A stretch of 64,000 bases of DNA, taken from positions 482,634 to 546,633 of the forward strand of contig JAQTZF010000001.1 in assembly GCA_028687915.1 (NCBI GenBank), given 5' to 3'. Position numbers and translations under genes: made by a program. Every line of letters starts with the position of its first letter. The first letter of the stretch is position 1. Origin of the DNA: Candidatus Daviesbacteria bacterium (GTDB taxonomy: Bacteria > Patescibacteriota > Microgenomatia > Daviesbacterales > UBA10151). This document shows positions 38,554-48,727 of this stretch, piece by piece. The notes beneath the pieces were generated by a model. The model ran no database searches, was not told the origin of the DNA, and saw nothing but the letters and a program-made list of their open reading frames with translations.

Positions 38554-40284
38554 TTACTTCTTCAAGTTAGATTCAAATATAAACATTTCATTATCTAGTC
38601 TTTTTATGCCTGATTTTGTGGATAGTTTCTCAATAAACGAGGGTAACTGTGCGTAAACCTCTCTTGGCAGTTGGTCTTCATTAAATTTTACAACATCTGT
38701 TTTAGAATTAGTCAACGCGTCAATGAACATCTCTACATTATTATCAATTATAGCTGTATATAGATTATAGGATAAAGTATATAAATGGGGCATATCATAA
38801 CTACTATAACCATTGATGAGGTAACATTGGTGGTAGGTAGAGGCTAATTGAACTTTACTAATATAATTTAAACCCGAAACGATATCCGGATAAGCGTTTA
38901 GGTGAGTAACGGGAATTTCAAGCACTGCTAACTTTTTTGATGAACATAAATCTTTAAGGGTAATGTAATGGTTGTTGATATAAGTTTCTGAATGAGTAGT
39001 TATTCCAACTGGAACGTATTCAAGGAAAAATATTACTAAAAGAGCTATAAAAAGTAAACGTGAGTCAATCTTTGCTTGGAGCTTTTTAATGCCCAGAAGC
39101 GCAAAGTAAATTATACCGATGGTAAATATAAAGTACCAACGGCTGGGAGCTCTGATCTCTTGGACTAGAGGAATAATTCTTAATAATAGATCATATGGTG
39201 TTGGGATGTAGGCGTATACGCCGTTAAAATTTAATCGTGGTCCGAGAGAAAACAAGAATCCAAAAAATAACAAGCTTGTAAAGAGTAATTGCTCTTTATT
39301 GATGTCGAAACGAAAAATAAGTTTATTCTGAACTTTTTTGATATCGAAAAAACTATATAAAAAAAGCAAAAAGATAAGTAATCCTGGAAATGATGACTGT
39401 CCACCTGAAACATTCTTATTGAAGCTGTTCCATTTATTTGCTATCTCTGATGTGTGGATAATAGAATCAATACGTGAAGTAAAAATATAGTCTGTTAAAT
39501 GGGCAGAATAAGTTACATTTTCAGAAAGACTGTGGTGAATATTGTATGCTTTTTTAGTATCAACATAATTTTTTATAAAATATCCATTTAGAATAATAAA
39601 AACTAAAAACACAATTCCTATGTTGCGTAAGTTTTGAAAACGGTAATTTTTTGATGTGATAAATTCAATAAAATAGAGCAGCGCAATGGTAAATATTAAA
39701 TAAAATGAAAGGTAGACGCTTCCGAGGAATTGAATCGCTAGAAAAATTCCAGCAAGAGTTAAATTCCTAATACTATGATTTTCCTGGGATTTTAAAATGA
39801 AAAAGAGTGAGAAAAAGAACGGCCAAATGAATATCATTTGAAAGTGAGAAAATTCAAGCATCTGAGCAGGGGAGAAAATAGTAAACAAACTCCCAAAAAA
39901 AGCAATGAAACTGTTTTTAAATAGTTTCCTCCAAAATAAATATGTTGAAAGGTAATTTAATATTAGGACGATGAAGAATGTAATATTAAAAGATAGAATT
40001 AAATTTTTAGTTACTAGGTAGAATGGTAACTCTAATAATGCTTGAGGTATAAAAGAATCTGCAAACAAAAGAGTGTTTTTATTAGGATAGAATGCATTCG
40101 TATCAAAATAATTATTAAAATTTAGGGTGGAGATTTTTGAAACATTGTGAAAGATCATCCAATTGATAGTCGGATAATCTCTCCAATCAAGTAAGTTTGT
40201 TGACAGATTAAAAAGGAGAGATCGGAATACGAAAGTTATGATAGTGAGGTATATTAGAAAATATATAAGAAAAGATTTTTTCAT
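38554..40284 (-). CDS. YfhO-like GT-C membrane protein
   Basis: D.N.FYP...TL...D, H.Q, SLGP, R.PSR, E.P, NGYS; multi-TM. Confidence 0.7.
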   Translation of the reverse strand: MKKSFLIYFLIYLTIITFVFRSLLFNLSTNLLDWRDYPTINWMIFHNVSKISTLNFNNYFDTNAFYPNKNTLLFADSFIPQALLELPFYLVTKNLILSFNITFFIVLILNYLSTYLFWRKLFKNSFIAFFGSLFTIFSPAQMLEFSHFQMIFIWPFFFSLFFILKSQENHSIRNLTLAGIFLAIQFLGSVYLSFYLIFTIALLYFIEFITSKNYRFQNLRNIGIVFLVFIILNGYFIKNYVDTKKAYNIHHSLSENVTYSAHLTDYIFTSRIDSIIHTSEIANKWNSFNKNVSGGQSSFPGLLIFLLFLYSFFDIKKVQNKLIFRFDINKEQLLFTSLLFFGFLFSLGPRLNFNGVYAYIPTPYDLLLRIIPLVQEIRAPSRWYFIFTIGIIYFALLGIKKLQAKIDSRLLFIALLVIFFLEYVPVGITTHSETYINNHYITLKDLCSSKKLAVLEIPVTHLNAYPDIVSGLNYISKVQLASTYHQCYLINGYSSYDMPHLYTLSYNLYTAIIDNNVEMFIDALTNSKTDVVKFNEDQLPREVYAQLPSFIEKLSTKSGIKRLDNEMFIFESNLKK

Positions 40285-40285
40285 G

Positions 40286-40903
40286 TTATTTCTTTAGCAA
40301 CATTAATAAATGTATATTTCTACCAAAAATAAGATTGAATGGGTAGCTATATAGTGGTAGGTTGTTATTCCATACAATAACTTTTAGTTTATTCTCTTTA
40401 ATGATTCTTTTCCAGTCCTGTTCTCTTTGATAATTGTAAAGTAGCTTAACTCCATATGGCTTATTCCCTATCCAGTCCATGAATTTTAGTATAAAAAAAT
40501 CAAACTTAGTATTAAATAAGTGGTCTTTAATTATAATATATCTTTTGCTTACTCTAGCAGCCTCTTTTAGTAATGAATCAATATCATTTGTATGATGTAA
40601 AACATCTATAATCATACAGAGATCTACAGAGTTGTCTTTGTAGGGAATCACCTTTCCATTAAAGTATTTACATGGAATTAGGCATTTGTTCCGTTTTTGA
40701 ACTTCAATTCCTTTGATTTCTACAGTCTGATGTTCTTGTTGAAGTACTGAGCTAATTAATCCATCTCCGCAGCCGATATCTAATATAGTTCTTACATCTT
40801 TTGGAAGAATTTTTCCTATACAAGACTCTAAAATCTTTATTCTTCTAGAATGAATCAATTTATTATGTATAAATTGAGTTATATATTTAAAATTATTAAA
40901 CAT
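40286..40903 (-). CDS. Class I SAM-dependent methyltransferase
   Basis: ILDIGCGDG, IPY.D.S.D, DVLHH, EAARV, IKDH. Confidence 0.9.
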   Translation of the reverse strand: MFNNFKYITQFIHNKLIHSRRIKILESCIGKILPKDVRTILDIGCGDGLISSVLQQEHQTVEIKGIEVQKRNKCLIPCKYFNGKVIPYKDNSVDLCMIIDVLHHTNDIDSLLKEAARVSKRYIIIKDHLFNTKFDFFILKFMDWIGNKPYGVKLLYNYQREQDWKRIIKENKLKVIVWNNNLPLYSYPFNLIFGRNIHLLMLLKK

Positions 40904-42070
40904 TTAAAAAGGTGATTTTCTTGGAAGCAATATTACCCCTAAAAAGAATGTGTTAAAGAAAACCTGAAAACCTAATTGAATGAGAAAAGCAGCTGGAATG
41001 ACCATTCTCATTGTAGTGCTATAATCTAGAGCCCCAAAGCCTTGTTGATACCATCCAAGAAATGTTTTAGCTACTATTATTAAACCTATTAACAATGCGA
41101 CTCCACAGATTAATGTTGCTCTGTTTAGGTTGTTTTTTATTAAAGTAAAAGCTAGTAGGTGAGTAGTGGGAATAAGGTTATATTTGTGAATAAAAATTTT
41201 TGCAAATAAACCCAAGAAAAGGATTTGTATGCCAATAGAGATAAAAGTTGAAGAAATAAGCAGTGTGTGAACATCTAAGTTAATTCCAAATATATGTGCT
41301 GGTTTAACTAGGGTTAATGAAAAGAGGATTGTTCCACCAAATATTAGAAATAACCCCGGACTTAAAAATAACCAATTCGGTGCAAAAAGTAACATAAAAT
41401 GAAGAGTTTTAAATCCATCATGCCAGGTTCTTAAATGGGGTCGTCTTTGTCTGCCATCCTTATATAAAGTAATAGGAATTTCAGTTATTTTCATATTTAA
41501 AATGCTTGCTTTTGCAACCATTTCAATTGCATACTCCATACCTGTTGTTTGTAAGGCCATTCTATCCCATGCTTTTTTTCTAAAAGCGCGCATTCCACAG
41601 TAAAAATCACCTACAGGAGAACGGAAGAAAATTCTGCCTAGTAGCGATAACATGGGATTTCCAAAGAATTGGTGTTGCCAGGGCATTGCACCAGGCATAA
41701 TCCTTCCTGCAAAACGATTGCCCATTACTAAATCATATCCTTGTTCTATTTTATTTACAAAAGGTTCAATAGCTAAAAAATCATAACTATCATCAGCATC
41801 ACCCATAATTATATACTTCCCCTCTGCTTTACAGATCCCAGCTTGTAAAGCTGCACCGTATCCTTTTTCGGCTACATTAACAACTTTAGCTCCTTCTTTT
41901 TTAGCTATTTGAATCGATTTATCTGTGCTTCCATTATCAGCCACAATAATTTCATACTTTCTTTTTAGAGGAAGAAATGATTTATGAATTTTTCTAATGC
42001 AAGTTGCAAGGGTTTTTTCTTCATTTAGGCACGGCATTACTACAGAATAATTATATTTCATAGATTGCAT
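40904..42070 (-). CDS. GT2 polyprenol-phosphate glycosyltransferase with C-terminal TM helices
   Basis: MPCLNEE, ADNGSTD, GYGAAL, MGDADDSYD, GNRF, D..CGMR, GMEYA.EM, HLRTW.DG and about 4 TM. Start uncertain (TTG 42097, ATG 42070 or 42061). Confidence 0.9.
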   Translation of the reverse strand: MQSMKYNYSVVMPCLNEEKTLATCIRKIHKSFLPLKRKYEIIVADNGSTDKSIQIAKKEGAKVVNVAEKGYGAALQAGICKAEGKYIIMGDADDSYDFLAIEPFVNKIEQGYDLVMGNRFAGRIMPGAMPWQHQFFGNPMLSLLGRIFFRSPVGDFYCGMRAFRKKAWDRMALQTTGMEYAIEMVAKASILNMKITEIPITLYKDGRQRRPHLRTWHDGFKTLHFMLLFAPNWLFLSPGLFLIFGGTILFSLTLVKPAHIFGINLDVHTLLISSTFISIGIQILFLGLFAKIFIHKYNLIPTTHLLAFTLIKNNLNRATLICGVALLIGLIIVAKTFLGWYQQGFGALDYSTTMRMVIPAAFLIQLGFQVFFNTFFLGVILLPRKSPF

Positions 42071-42154
42071 ATTATTAGAGTCTTCTATTAAATTCAATAG
42101 AAGGAATTTTGTATGGTTGGTGTTAAATACTATATAGCATTTTAAAGAAAAATA

Positions 42155-42760
42155 TTAAGAAATTTTTTTAATTAATATTAAATTGTTAAACCCAAATTGA
42201 AAATATTCATGAACTATGTTTATTTTTTGTTCATATGGACTTAATGATTCAAGAATCTTTTCCTTGTTAAAGTATGTCTTATGTTCTTCAGTTAAAGTTT
42301 TAGAAATAAGCCGTAATTTATATGATAAAAATTCCAACACTGCTTTAGCCTTTGGGGTAGGTGCGGTAAAGATACAAACTCCACCTGGTTTTAATATTCT
42401 AATACTTTCTTTTATTACATCCTGAGGGTTATCTAAGTGTTCTAAAAAAGCCAAGCCAATAACATAATCTACAGTGCCTGTATCCAATGGGATCGTCTTA
42501 TCTACTGTTTTTAGTATAAATTTAACAAAGTCACCTTTTTTATGTCTTAAAATTGTTTCGCTGCTTATTAAAGGATCTACACCAATATATTGTTTAATAT
42601 TAACGCCTTTTTTAATAGCATGTTTATAAAAACCAATATCGTCACCGCATCCCAAATCTACGACAGTAAGTGGTTTATTTTTATCGATATGCTTGATAAC
42701 CTTTTTATATCTGAAGCTTCCCAATAATGGTTCTAGCAGGCCTTTATCATAAGTCTTCAT
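42155..42760 (-). CDS. Class I SAM-dependent methyltransferase
   Basis: VDLGCG, GVD, LA.LEHL, RILKPGG, P.....LEFLS..L, EHK.Y. Confidence 0.9.
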   Translation of the reverse strand: MKTYDKGLLEPLLGSFRYKKVIKHIDKNKPLTVVDLGCGDDIGFYKHAIKKGVNIKQYIGVDPLISSETILRHKKGDFVKFILKTVDKTIPLDTGTVDYVIGLAFLEHLDNPQDVIKESIRILKPGGVCIFTAPTPKAKAVLEFLSYKLRLISKTLTEEHKTYFNKEKILESLSPYEQKINIVHEYFQFGFNNLILIKKIS

Positions 42761-43485
42761 TTTTCTAGTATATTAAACTTAATAATTACCCAGAGGGCTT
42801 CTATACCATCTCTCCAACCTATCTTTTTACCTTCTTCATAAGTACGTCCATAATATGAGATTCCTACTTCAAATATCTTAATTCCTTTTATTTTTGATAT
42901 TCTGGCCGTAATTTCAGGTTCAGTTCCAAATCTTTTGCTAACTAGTCTTGGAGCGATGGATCTGATGAGATCTCCTCTAAAAGTTTTATATCCAGTTTCC
43001 ATATCAGTAAGATTAAGGTTGGTTAACATATTTGAAAAAGAGGTTAGAAAACGATTGACTTGATAGTGCCAAAAGAAGAGTACTCGATGAGGTCTATTTG
43101 AAATAAACCTTGAACCATAAACTACATCCGCGTCATTCTTTATAAATGGCTCTAAAAGCAGTGGATAATCTTCGGGGTTATATTCTAAATCAGCGTCTTG
43201 TACTAAAACTATGTCTCCGGTGGTTGCCAAAAATCCATCTTTTAATGCAGCACCCTTACCTTCATTCTTTTTCTTTAATATTACATTAAAAGATATCCCT
43301 GGTTTCTTTTTGAAGGCTTCCTCAGCCTCTAAAATCTCTTTTGATGAATTATCAGTTGATCCATCATCCACTAAAATAATTTCTTTATGATAATTATTTG
43401 TGTTGGATTCAATGACTGCTTCAATGGTTTTTTTGATAAAACCTTCTTCATTATATATAGGAATGACGATAGATAGTTTATTCAT
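42757..43485 (-). CDS. GT2 polyprenol-phosphate glycosyltransferase (DPM-like)
   Basis: IPIYNEE, VDDGSTD, GKGAAL, QDADLEY.P.D, GSRF, TDMETGYK, EPEITA, GR...EGKKI.W.DG. Confidence 0.93.
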   Translation of the reverse strand: MNKLSIVIPIYNEEGFIKKTIEAVIESNTNNYHKEIILVDDGSTDNSSKEILEAEEAFKKKPGISFNVILKKKNEGKGAALKDGFLATTGDIVLVQDADLEYNPEDYPLLLEPFIKNDADVVYGSRFISNRPHRVLFFWHYQVNRFLTSFSNMLTNLNLTDMETGYKTFRGDLIRSIAPRLVSKRFGTEPEITARISKIKGIKIFEVGISYYGRTYEEGKKIGWRDGIEALWVIIKFNILEK

Positions 43486-43545
43486 TTTATGATTGATTAT
43501 TACATAATAATTATATTTCTTTCAATTACCTGTTATCATAATAGG

Positions 43546-45165
43546 GTGAAAATTCTTTTAAGAAGCCATATTATATTTTTCATCTGTATTTCTTTATTCT
43601 GCTTACTTTTATTTAAGGATATCTTTTCAGAGAGAACCCTGATTCCAAACCTCGAGCCTTTTCCTGATAGTATTTATTATGTGGGAGGAGCTAAGAGTTT
43701 ATTGAGCGGCAATGGATTAAATATTGTTCGGGAAGGAAGATCTTTAGCCCTTATTGTGCCCCCTCTGTATCCATTGCTATTAGTCCCGATGTATCTTATT
43801 AACAGCGATGTCAGGATGTTTTATTTTACGAATATTGTGTTTGCTCTTTCATCCTTTTGCATTTTTTATCTTATTTTAAGGAAATTAGTTGGCAACCCAC
43901 TAATTAAAGCCTTTGTATTAATCCTCTATGTTACTAATTATGATTTATATTGGTTTCCAAACCTCGCAATGGCAGAAAACTTAACTTTACTACTCTCGCT
44001 CACTGGTATATTGTTACTTTTAGCTAAAGTTAATTTATTTAATATAATCGCTGCTGGAATATTGGTAGTAAGCTTTTATGCTACAAAGTATGCAAGTGTT
44101 CCTTTAGTAATATCTTTTTTTATTGCTTATTTTATTAAGTTATTTTTACTTTGGCGAGGCAAACAATTTAAATTTGAGAAGTTCATTGTCTTTTTATCTA
44201 GCACATTAATTACATTTATTATATTTTGTTTTTATGAATATTTATCTAAAGGTAGCTTTCCGTTAAGCTCGTTGGTAAGTTTTGGGACAAGTTTAAGTAA
44301 TAAGAGTACAGCGCAAGTAACTTCTTCTACCACTTTTTCTCTTGCGTATGTAGATATAAACATAAGGCATTATTTAAACGCTTTGACAGGTGGATCCGAG
44401 AGATTTCTTTGGGATTCGACACCAATAGTGCCAAAGTTTGTTGCAATAGGAGGACTTTTAGGTTTAGTTATTGGATTAATTAAAGTTAATCTACGTTTTA
44501 TATGTTTTAGCTTCTTGCTAATAATATTAAGTTCAATACTGTTTATGTCGACATTTTACACTACTGATATGCGCTATATTTATCAGGTTATTCCAATATT
44601 GCTTTTAGGATTTGCTATATTATTAACACTTGCTCTAGATTATAGTAATAAAAAATTGTTTCGTTATTGCGTTATTTTTATAGTTTCAACGTTATTTTTA
44701 TACTACGGATTAACAAATGTAATTAGAATTAAAAGTCAAATAAGTTTAAATTTAAGATATACAGAAACACCTTGGTATTATGTTAATGTTTTAGAATTAA
44801 ATAAATTCTTTGCTACTCCTACTCAATCGTTGACTGGTAAAAAGCCTGTTGTGATATCTCCGATGGCTCCATATTATGTAGACTTTTTCTCTAATGGTAA
44901 CTATACACTTTTGCCATTGTCTGTACAGCAAGAATTTAGAAGCTACAAAGAGAATGCCTGGGGACTAAATGATTATAGTGATTTAATTAAACTTTATAAA
45001 AAGTATTTACAAGAAGGATATATATTATATTTAGCTAATTATGGCTTGGGAAATGAGGGGTATTTGCATAGTGATTTTGATGCTATTAAAAAGATTTTTA
45101 AAGTAACAGAGGTTTCAGTTGGTTGTTATAATGCGTGTAATATCTATAGAGTAGAACTTCAGTAA
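43546..45165 (+). CDS. GT-C (PMT/ArnT-like) membrane glycosyltransferase
   Basis: EPFPDS.YY first loop, PPLYP, AMAENL, TKY, RY; multi-TM. Probable GTG start at 43546 (ORF is open from ATG 43489). Confidence 0.7.
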   Translation: MKILLRSHIIFFICISLFCLLLFKDIFSERTLIPNLEPFPDSIYYVGGAKSLLSGNGLNIVREGRSLALIVPPLYPLLLVPMYLINSDVRMFYFTNIVFALSSFCIFYLILRKLVGNPLIKAFVLILYVTNYDLYWFPNLAMAENLTLLLSLTGILLLLAKVNLFNIIAAGILVVSFYATKYASVPLVISFFIAYFIKLFLLWRGKQFKFEKFIVFLSSTLITFIIFCFYEYLSKGSFPLSSLVSFGTSLSNKSTAQVTSSTTFSLAYVDINIRHYLNALTGGSERFLWDSTPIVPKFVAIGGLLGLVIGLIKVNLRFICFSFLLIILSSILFMSTFYTTDMRYIYQVIPILLLGFAILLTLALDYSNKKLFRYCVIFIVSTLFLYYGLTNVIRIKSQISLNLRYTETPWYYVNVLELNKFFATPTQSLTGKKPVVISPMAPYYVDFFSNGNYTLLPLSVQQEFRSYKENAWGLNDYSDLIKLYKKYLQEGYILYLANYGLGNEGYLHSDFDAIKKIFKVTEVSVGCYNACNIYRVELQ

Positions 45166-45175
45166 AATTATTAAT

Positions 45176-47065
45176 ATGGAGAATTTTACTGAAGCCTTAA
45201 AATTTTTAATTGGAATAATTTTTACTATTTTAGTAGGGAATTCGCTAATCTCCTGGATTGAAAGAAAGATTACTCCCGGCATAATTTTGATTTCTGTAAT
45301 ATTAGGGCTTGTAACAATTTCTTTAGCATATTTATTCCTTACTTATTTTAAAATACCCTTTTTTCTAATTAACATTATTTTAGCTTTGTTTACCTTTGTA
45401 AGTATATATATGTTTAAGCCAAAGCTGGTATTGCAGTTTAGAGATGTAATTTTGACACTTTCTTTTATTTTAATTGGGACAGTTTTATTAAACAGCAAGT
45501 TAATTTTTGAGGGGTTTGATAAGTACGGAGGATTTTTGTTAAGTAAAGGTAATATTGATGCTTTATGGCATATTGCCCTTCAAGAATCTCTAAAAATATC
45601 AGTGCCTCCTCAAAGCCCATTGTATTCCGGACAGATTTTAACGGGTTATCATTATTTAAATGATATTTATTGGGTGTGGTTTAGTAAAATTTTAGGTATA
45701 TCAACAATTAACCTGTGTATATTTTGGGCTCCGCTATTTATATCTTCATTATTTGTAGCTACTACATTACTAGTGATGATAAAGATATTTAAAGATAAAA
45801 AAAATGCTTTTATTGCTTCAGGTGTAGTTGTTTTTACATCAAGTTTGTCGTTTATTGCTCCACTATTTTTCCCTAATGCTGGTTTTCATCAATCTGTTTT
45901 TTGGTTGGATCAACCAACTTACTATATTTTTAATCAGCAGTTAACATTATCAATTGCAGTTATAAATTTAATAATATTTCTTTTTCTTAGCTCTCTAAAA
46001 AAGTGGTGGTGGGTAATTGGTTTATTAGTTGGTAGTTTAGCTGGGGTAAAAGTTTATGGTTTACTTATTATTTTCCCTGCAATTTCTATAATTGGTTTCT
46101 ATCTATGGCAAAAGCAAAGAGATTGGAATTACTTTGGTATGATTTTACTTTCTGTATTAATTTCTATATTTATAGTTTTAATTGAAGGTCCAAGTAATGG
46201 TTTTCCTTTCTACTTTGATCCCGGTTTGTTAGTCAAATCAATGTTTGATGATCCGCTTAGATTAAATTACCCTGCATGGGAGATTAATCGTCTTGCTTTG
46301 GTTGAACAGCATAATTGGATTAAGCTATTTTATCAGTGGAGTAAAGGTGTAGTAATTTTTTTAATCGGAAACTTTAATCTGAAAATTTTAGCATTAATAT
46401 TTCTCCCGGCTTTACTAAAAAATAAAAGTTTATCTAAAGATAATAAAATTATTCTATTACTTTCAAGTGTGGTTATTTTGCTAAGTCTAAGTTCTGGTCT
46501 TCTTCTTTCACAAAAAGCAGTTACATGGAACGTTGTACAATTCCTTGTATATGCGCAGCTTCCTTTAGTAGTAATATTGGTTTTTAGTGTAATAACCTTT
46601 TTTAGCAAAAGAAACCAAATCATAATTTTTTTAGTGATATTCTTAGTAGGGGTTCCCTCATCCTTTCATCCAATTAAGTACTATTCTAATATTAATTCAT
46701 ATATTTATTATCCACCTGAATTAATTCAGGTTTTACAGGAAGTTAAAGCTCTCCCGTCTGATGCTCAAATTATTGTAGGTGAAAGATATTATATTAACAG
46801 TTTTGTTCCAGCATTTAGTGCTCATGGTGTTTATTTGGCAGATATTAATGTACTTGAGTTATTACTTCCCTTTAGTGCAAAAGAAAGGATTGAGTATGTT
46901 AAAAAGTTAGAAAACAGGGAAATTGAATGTAAATTAAATCAGTATCTTTTGTCAGATAAAAATTATAAATCAAATAATTTATCAAATAATAACTTTCAAT
47001 TTATTGTGATTTACAAGCGAAATAATATTACTCTTTTTAAATGTGTAAAAAAACTAGTTTACTGA
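45176..47065 (+). CDS. Multi-TM GT-C-like membrane protein
   Basis: D.LWH.AL, PP..P...G..L..YHY..D, K.YG, WN.VQF; many TM segments. Confidence 0.6.
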   Translation: MENFTEALKFLIGIIFTILVGNSLISWIERKITPGIILISVILGLVTISLAYLFLTYFKIPFFLINIILALFTFVSIYMFKPKLVLQFRDVILTLSFILIGTVLLNSKLIFEGFDKYGGFLLSKGNIDALWHIALQESLKISVPPQSPLYSGQILTGYHYLNDIYWVWFSKILGISTINLCIFWAPLFISSLFVATTLLVMIKIFKDKKNAFIASGVVVFTSSLSFIAPLFFPNAGFHQSVFWLDQPTYYIFNQQLTLSIAVINLIIFLFLSSLKKWWWVIGLLVGSLAGVKVYGLLIIFPAISIIGFYLWQKQRDWNYFGMILLSVLISIFIVLIEGPSNGFPFYFDPGLLVKSMFDDPLRLNYPAWEINRLALVEQHNWIKLFYQWSKGVVIFLIGNFNLKILALIFLPALLKNKSLSKDNKIILLLSSVVILLSLSSGLLLSQKAVTWNVVQFLVYAQLPLVVILVFSVITFFSKRNQIIIFLVIFLVGVPSSFHPIKYYSNINSYIYYPPELIQVLQEVKALPSDAQIIVGERYYINSFVPAFSAHGVYLADINVLELLLPFSAKERIEYVKKLENREIECKLNQYLLSDKNYKSNNLSNNNFQFIVIYKRNNITLFKCVKKLVY

Positions 47066-47110
47066 CACATAATAATTATGCTAATCTTCCAAGAATGAAA
47101 GGTAATATTT

Positions 47111-47893
47111 ATGACTTTTTTATATGATTGGTTTAGTAACAATATTCCTGTATGGGAAAAGGCATTAAAAAGATTCAGAAACAAAGAGAATTTACTTTTT
47201 CTGGAAATCGGATGTTTTGAAGGTAAGGCCACTTTATGGTTGGTAGAGAATATACTGACTCATCCTACCTCTAAGATAGTTGTCGTGGATACGTTTCAGG
47301 GAGGAGAAGATCAGATTTACTTCGGTGTACAAACAAATAATTTACTATCAAAGTTTAAAACTAATCTAAAGAGTTATATTTCTAAAAATCCTAAAACTAG
47401 TAAGGTTATTATTAAAAAAGGTTTTTCTGGTAAAGTCTTAAGATCACTGAATGATCACTTCGACTTTATTTATATCGATGGTTCTCATATTGCAAAAGAC
47501 GTGTTGGAAGATATTGTATTGAGCTGGGGTTTGCTAAAGGATGATGGGGTAATGGTATTTGACGATTATGGTTGGGATCGTTATAAAGATGAGACTTTAA
47601 ACCCAAGACCTGCAATAAATTGTTTTCTAAGAATATATAAAGGTTGGTATAAAATTTTAAATTCTGGTTATCAATTAACAGTACAAAAAAAAGATAAAAA
47701 AAGTTCTATGGATAAATTTACCAAAACAACATATGAAAATTTAGTTTTAACTGATACTTTTTTTAAAGAACAAATAAATAAGCAGGTGGATTCAATTAAA
47801 TTTATGAAAGTTATCAAAGACTCTAAATTTTATAAATTATGGAGAATTTATTGTAACTTAAAGGATACGCTGAAAATTAATAAATATAAATGA
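47111..47893 (+). CDS. Class I SAM-dependent methyltransferase (Methyltransf_24-like) with C-terminal tail
   Basis: DWF, LEIGCFEG, VDTF.G, FDFIYIDGSH, FDDY.W; tail SKFYKLWRIYC. Confidence 0.9.
   Translation: MTFLYDWFSNNIPVWEKALKRFRNKENLLFLEIGCFEGKATLWLVENILTHPTSKIVVVDTFQGGEDQIYFGVQTNNLLSKFKTNLKSYISKNPKTSKVIIKKGFSGKVLRSLNDHFDFIYIDGSHIAKDVLEDIVLSWGLLKDDGVMVFDDYGWDRYKDETLNPRPAINCFLRIYKGWYKILNSGYQLTVQKKDKKSSMDKFTKTTYENLVLTDTFFKEQINKQVDSIKFMKVIKDSKFYKLWRIYCNLKDTLKINKYK
47820..47856 (+). repeat. 37-bp direct repeat, copy 2
   Basis: actctaaattttataaattatggagaatttattgtaa; 36/37 identical to 35440-35476. Confidence 0.9.
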
Positions 47894-48705
47894 CACAAAA
47901 ATATATACTCACAAATTATGGTTACTATAAGAATATTAAGACAAAAAAGTTGCCGTATGATAAAGGTTACATACAAAAAAGAAATAATACTGATGTAGTT
48001 TTTTATAAGAAGAGAAAAGATATATTAAGGCGGGATTTTCAAAAAAAATTATTACCGATTGTAATTAAAGCAAAAGAAATATTTTGTGAAGACTTAAGGA
48101 TTCTTGATATTGGATGTGGGGATGGTGTTGTTTTAGAATCATTATTTGATATTGGACGCACACAAAAGATTAAGATTAAGCTTTACGGAATTGATCCGGA
48201 TAATTTTGCGTTTAAAGATATTCGGGTATCAGCCAAGCTTACGAAAGGAGTGTCAGAAAAAATGCCATATGATGACAGTTTCTTTCATGTGGTGATCTCA
48301 AGTCAAATGATAGAACATTTAACAGAAATACAGACAGATAAGACAAACAAAGAAACTTTAAGGATTTTGAAAATGAGTGGTTTTTACTATATTGAGACTC
48401 CAAATCCACAAAGCAGTTTAGCCAAAACAAAGAAAAGTCGGTGGCAGATGTTTTTACCAGATCATTTAGTGCTATATCCTCCAAATGCTTTAGCAGTTTT
48501 ATTAAAGAATGTTGGTTTTAGAGATATTAAAGCTGGTGCTAGGTATGAAAAAGACGAACAGATTAATGAAATACAAGATACGTTTATAAGTAGATTTCCT
48601 TTTGCAAAAAATCAGCATATTGCTAGAATAGGCATGTTTTTGTTTAAGATTTACATTATGGTTTCAAACAATGGAGCAATTACCTGTGTTTTGGCTAGAA
48701 AATAA
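47890..48705 (+). CDS. Class I SAM-dependent methyltransferase
   Basis: ILDIGCGDG, GID, MPY.D..F, IEHL, ETPN, P.HL..Y. Confidence 0.9.
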   Translation: MTQKYILTNYGYYKNIKTKKLPYDKGYIQKRNNTDVVFYKKRKDILRRDFQKKLLPIVIKAKEIFCEDLRILDIGCGDGVVLESLFDIGRTQKIKIKLYGIDPDNFAFKDIRVSAKLTKGVSEKMPYDDSFFHVVISSQMIEHLTEIQTDKTNKETLRILKMSGFYYIETPNPQSSLAKTKKSRWQMFLPDHLVLYPPNALAVLLKNVGFRDIKAGARYEKDEQINEIQDTFISRFPFAKNQHIARIGMFLFKIYIMVSNNGAITCVLARK

Positions 48706-48727
48706 TTAGATTTTTTATTTTAAATTT

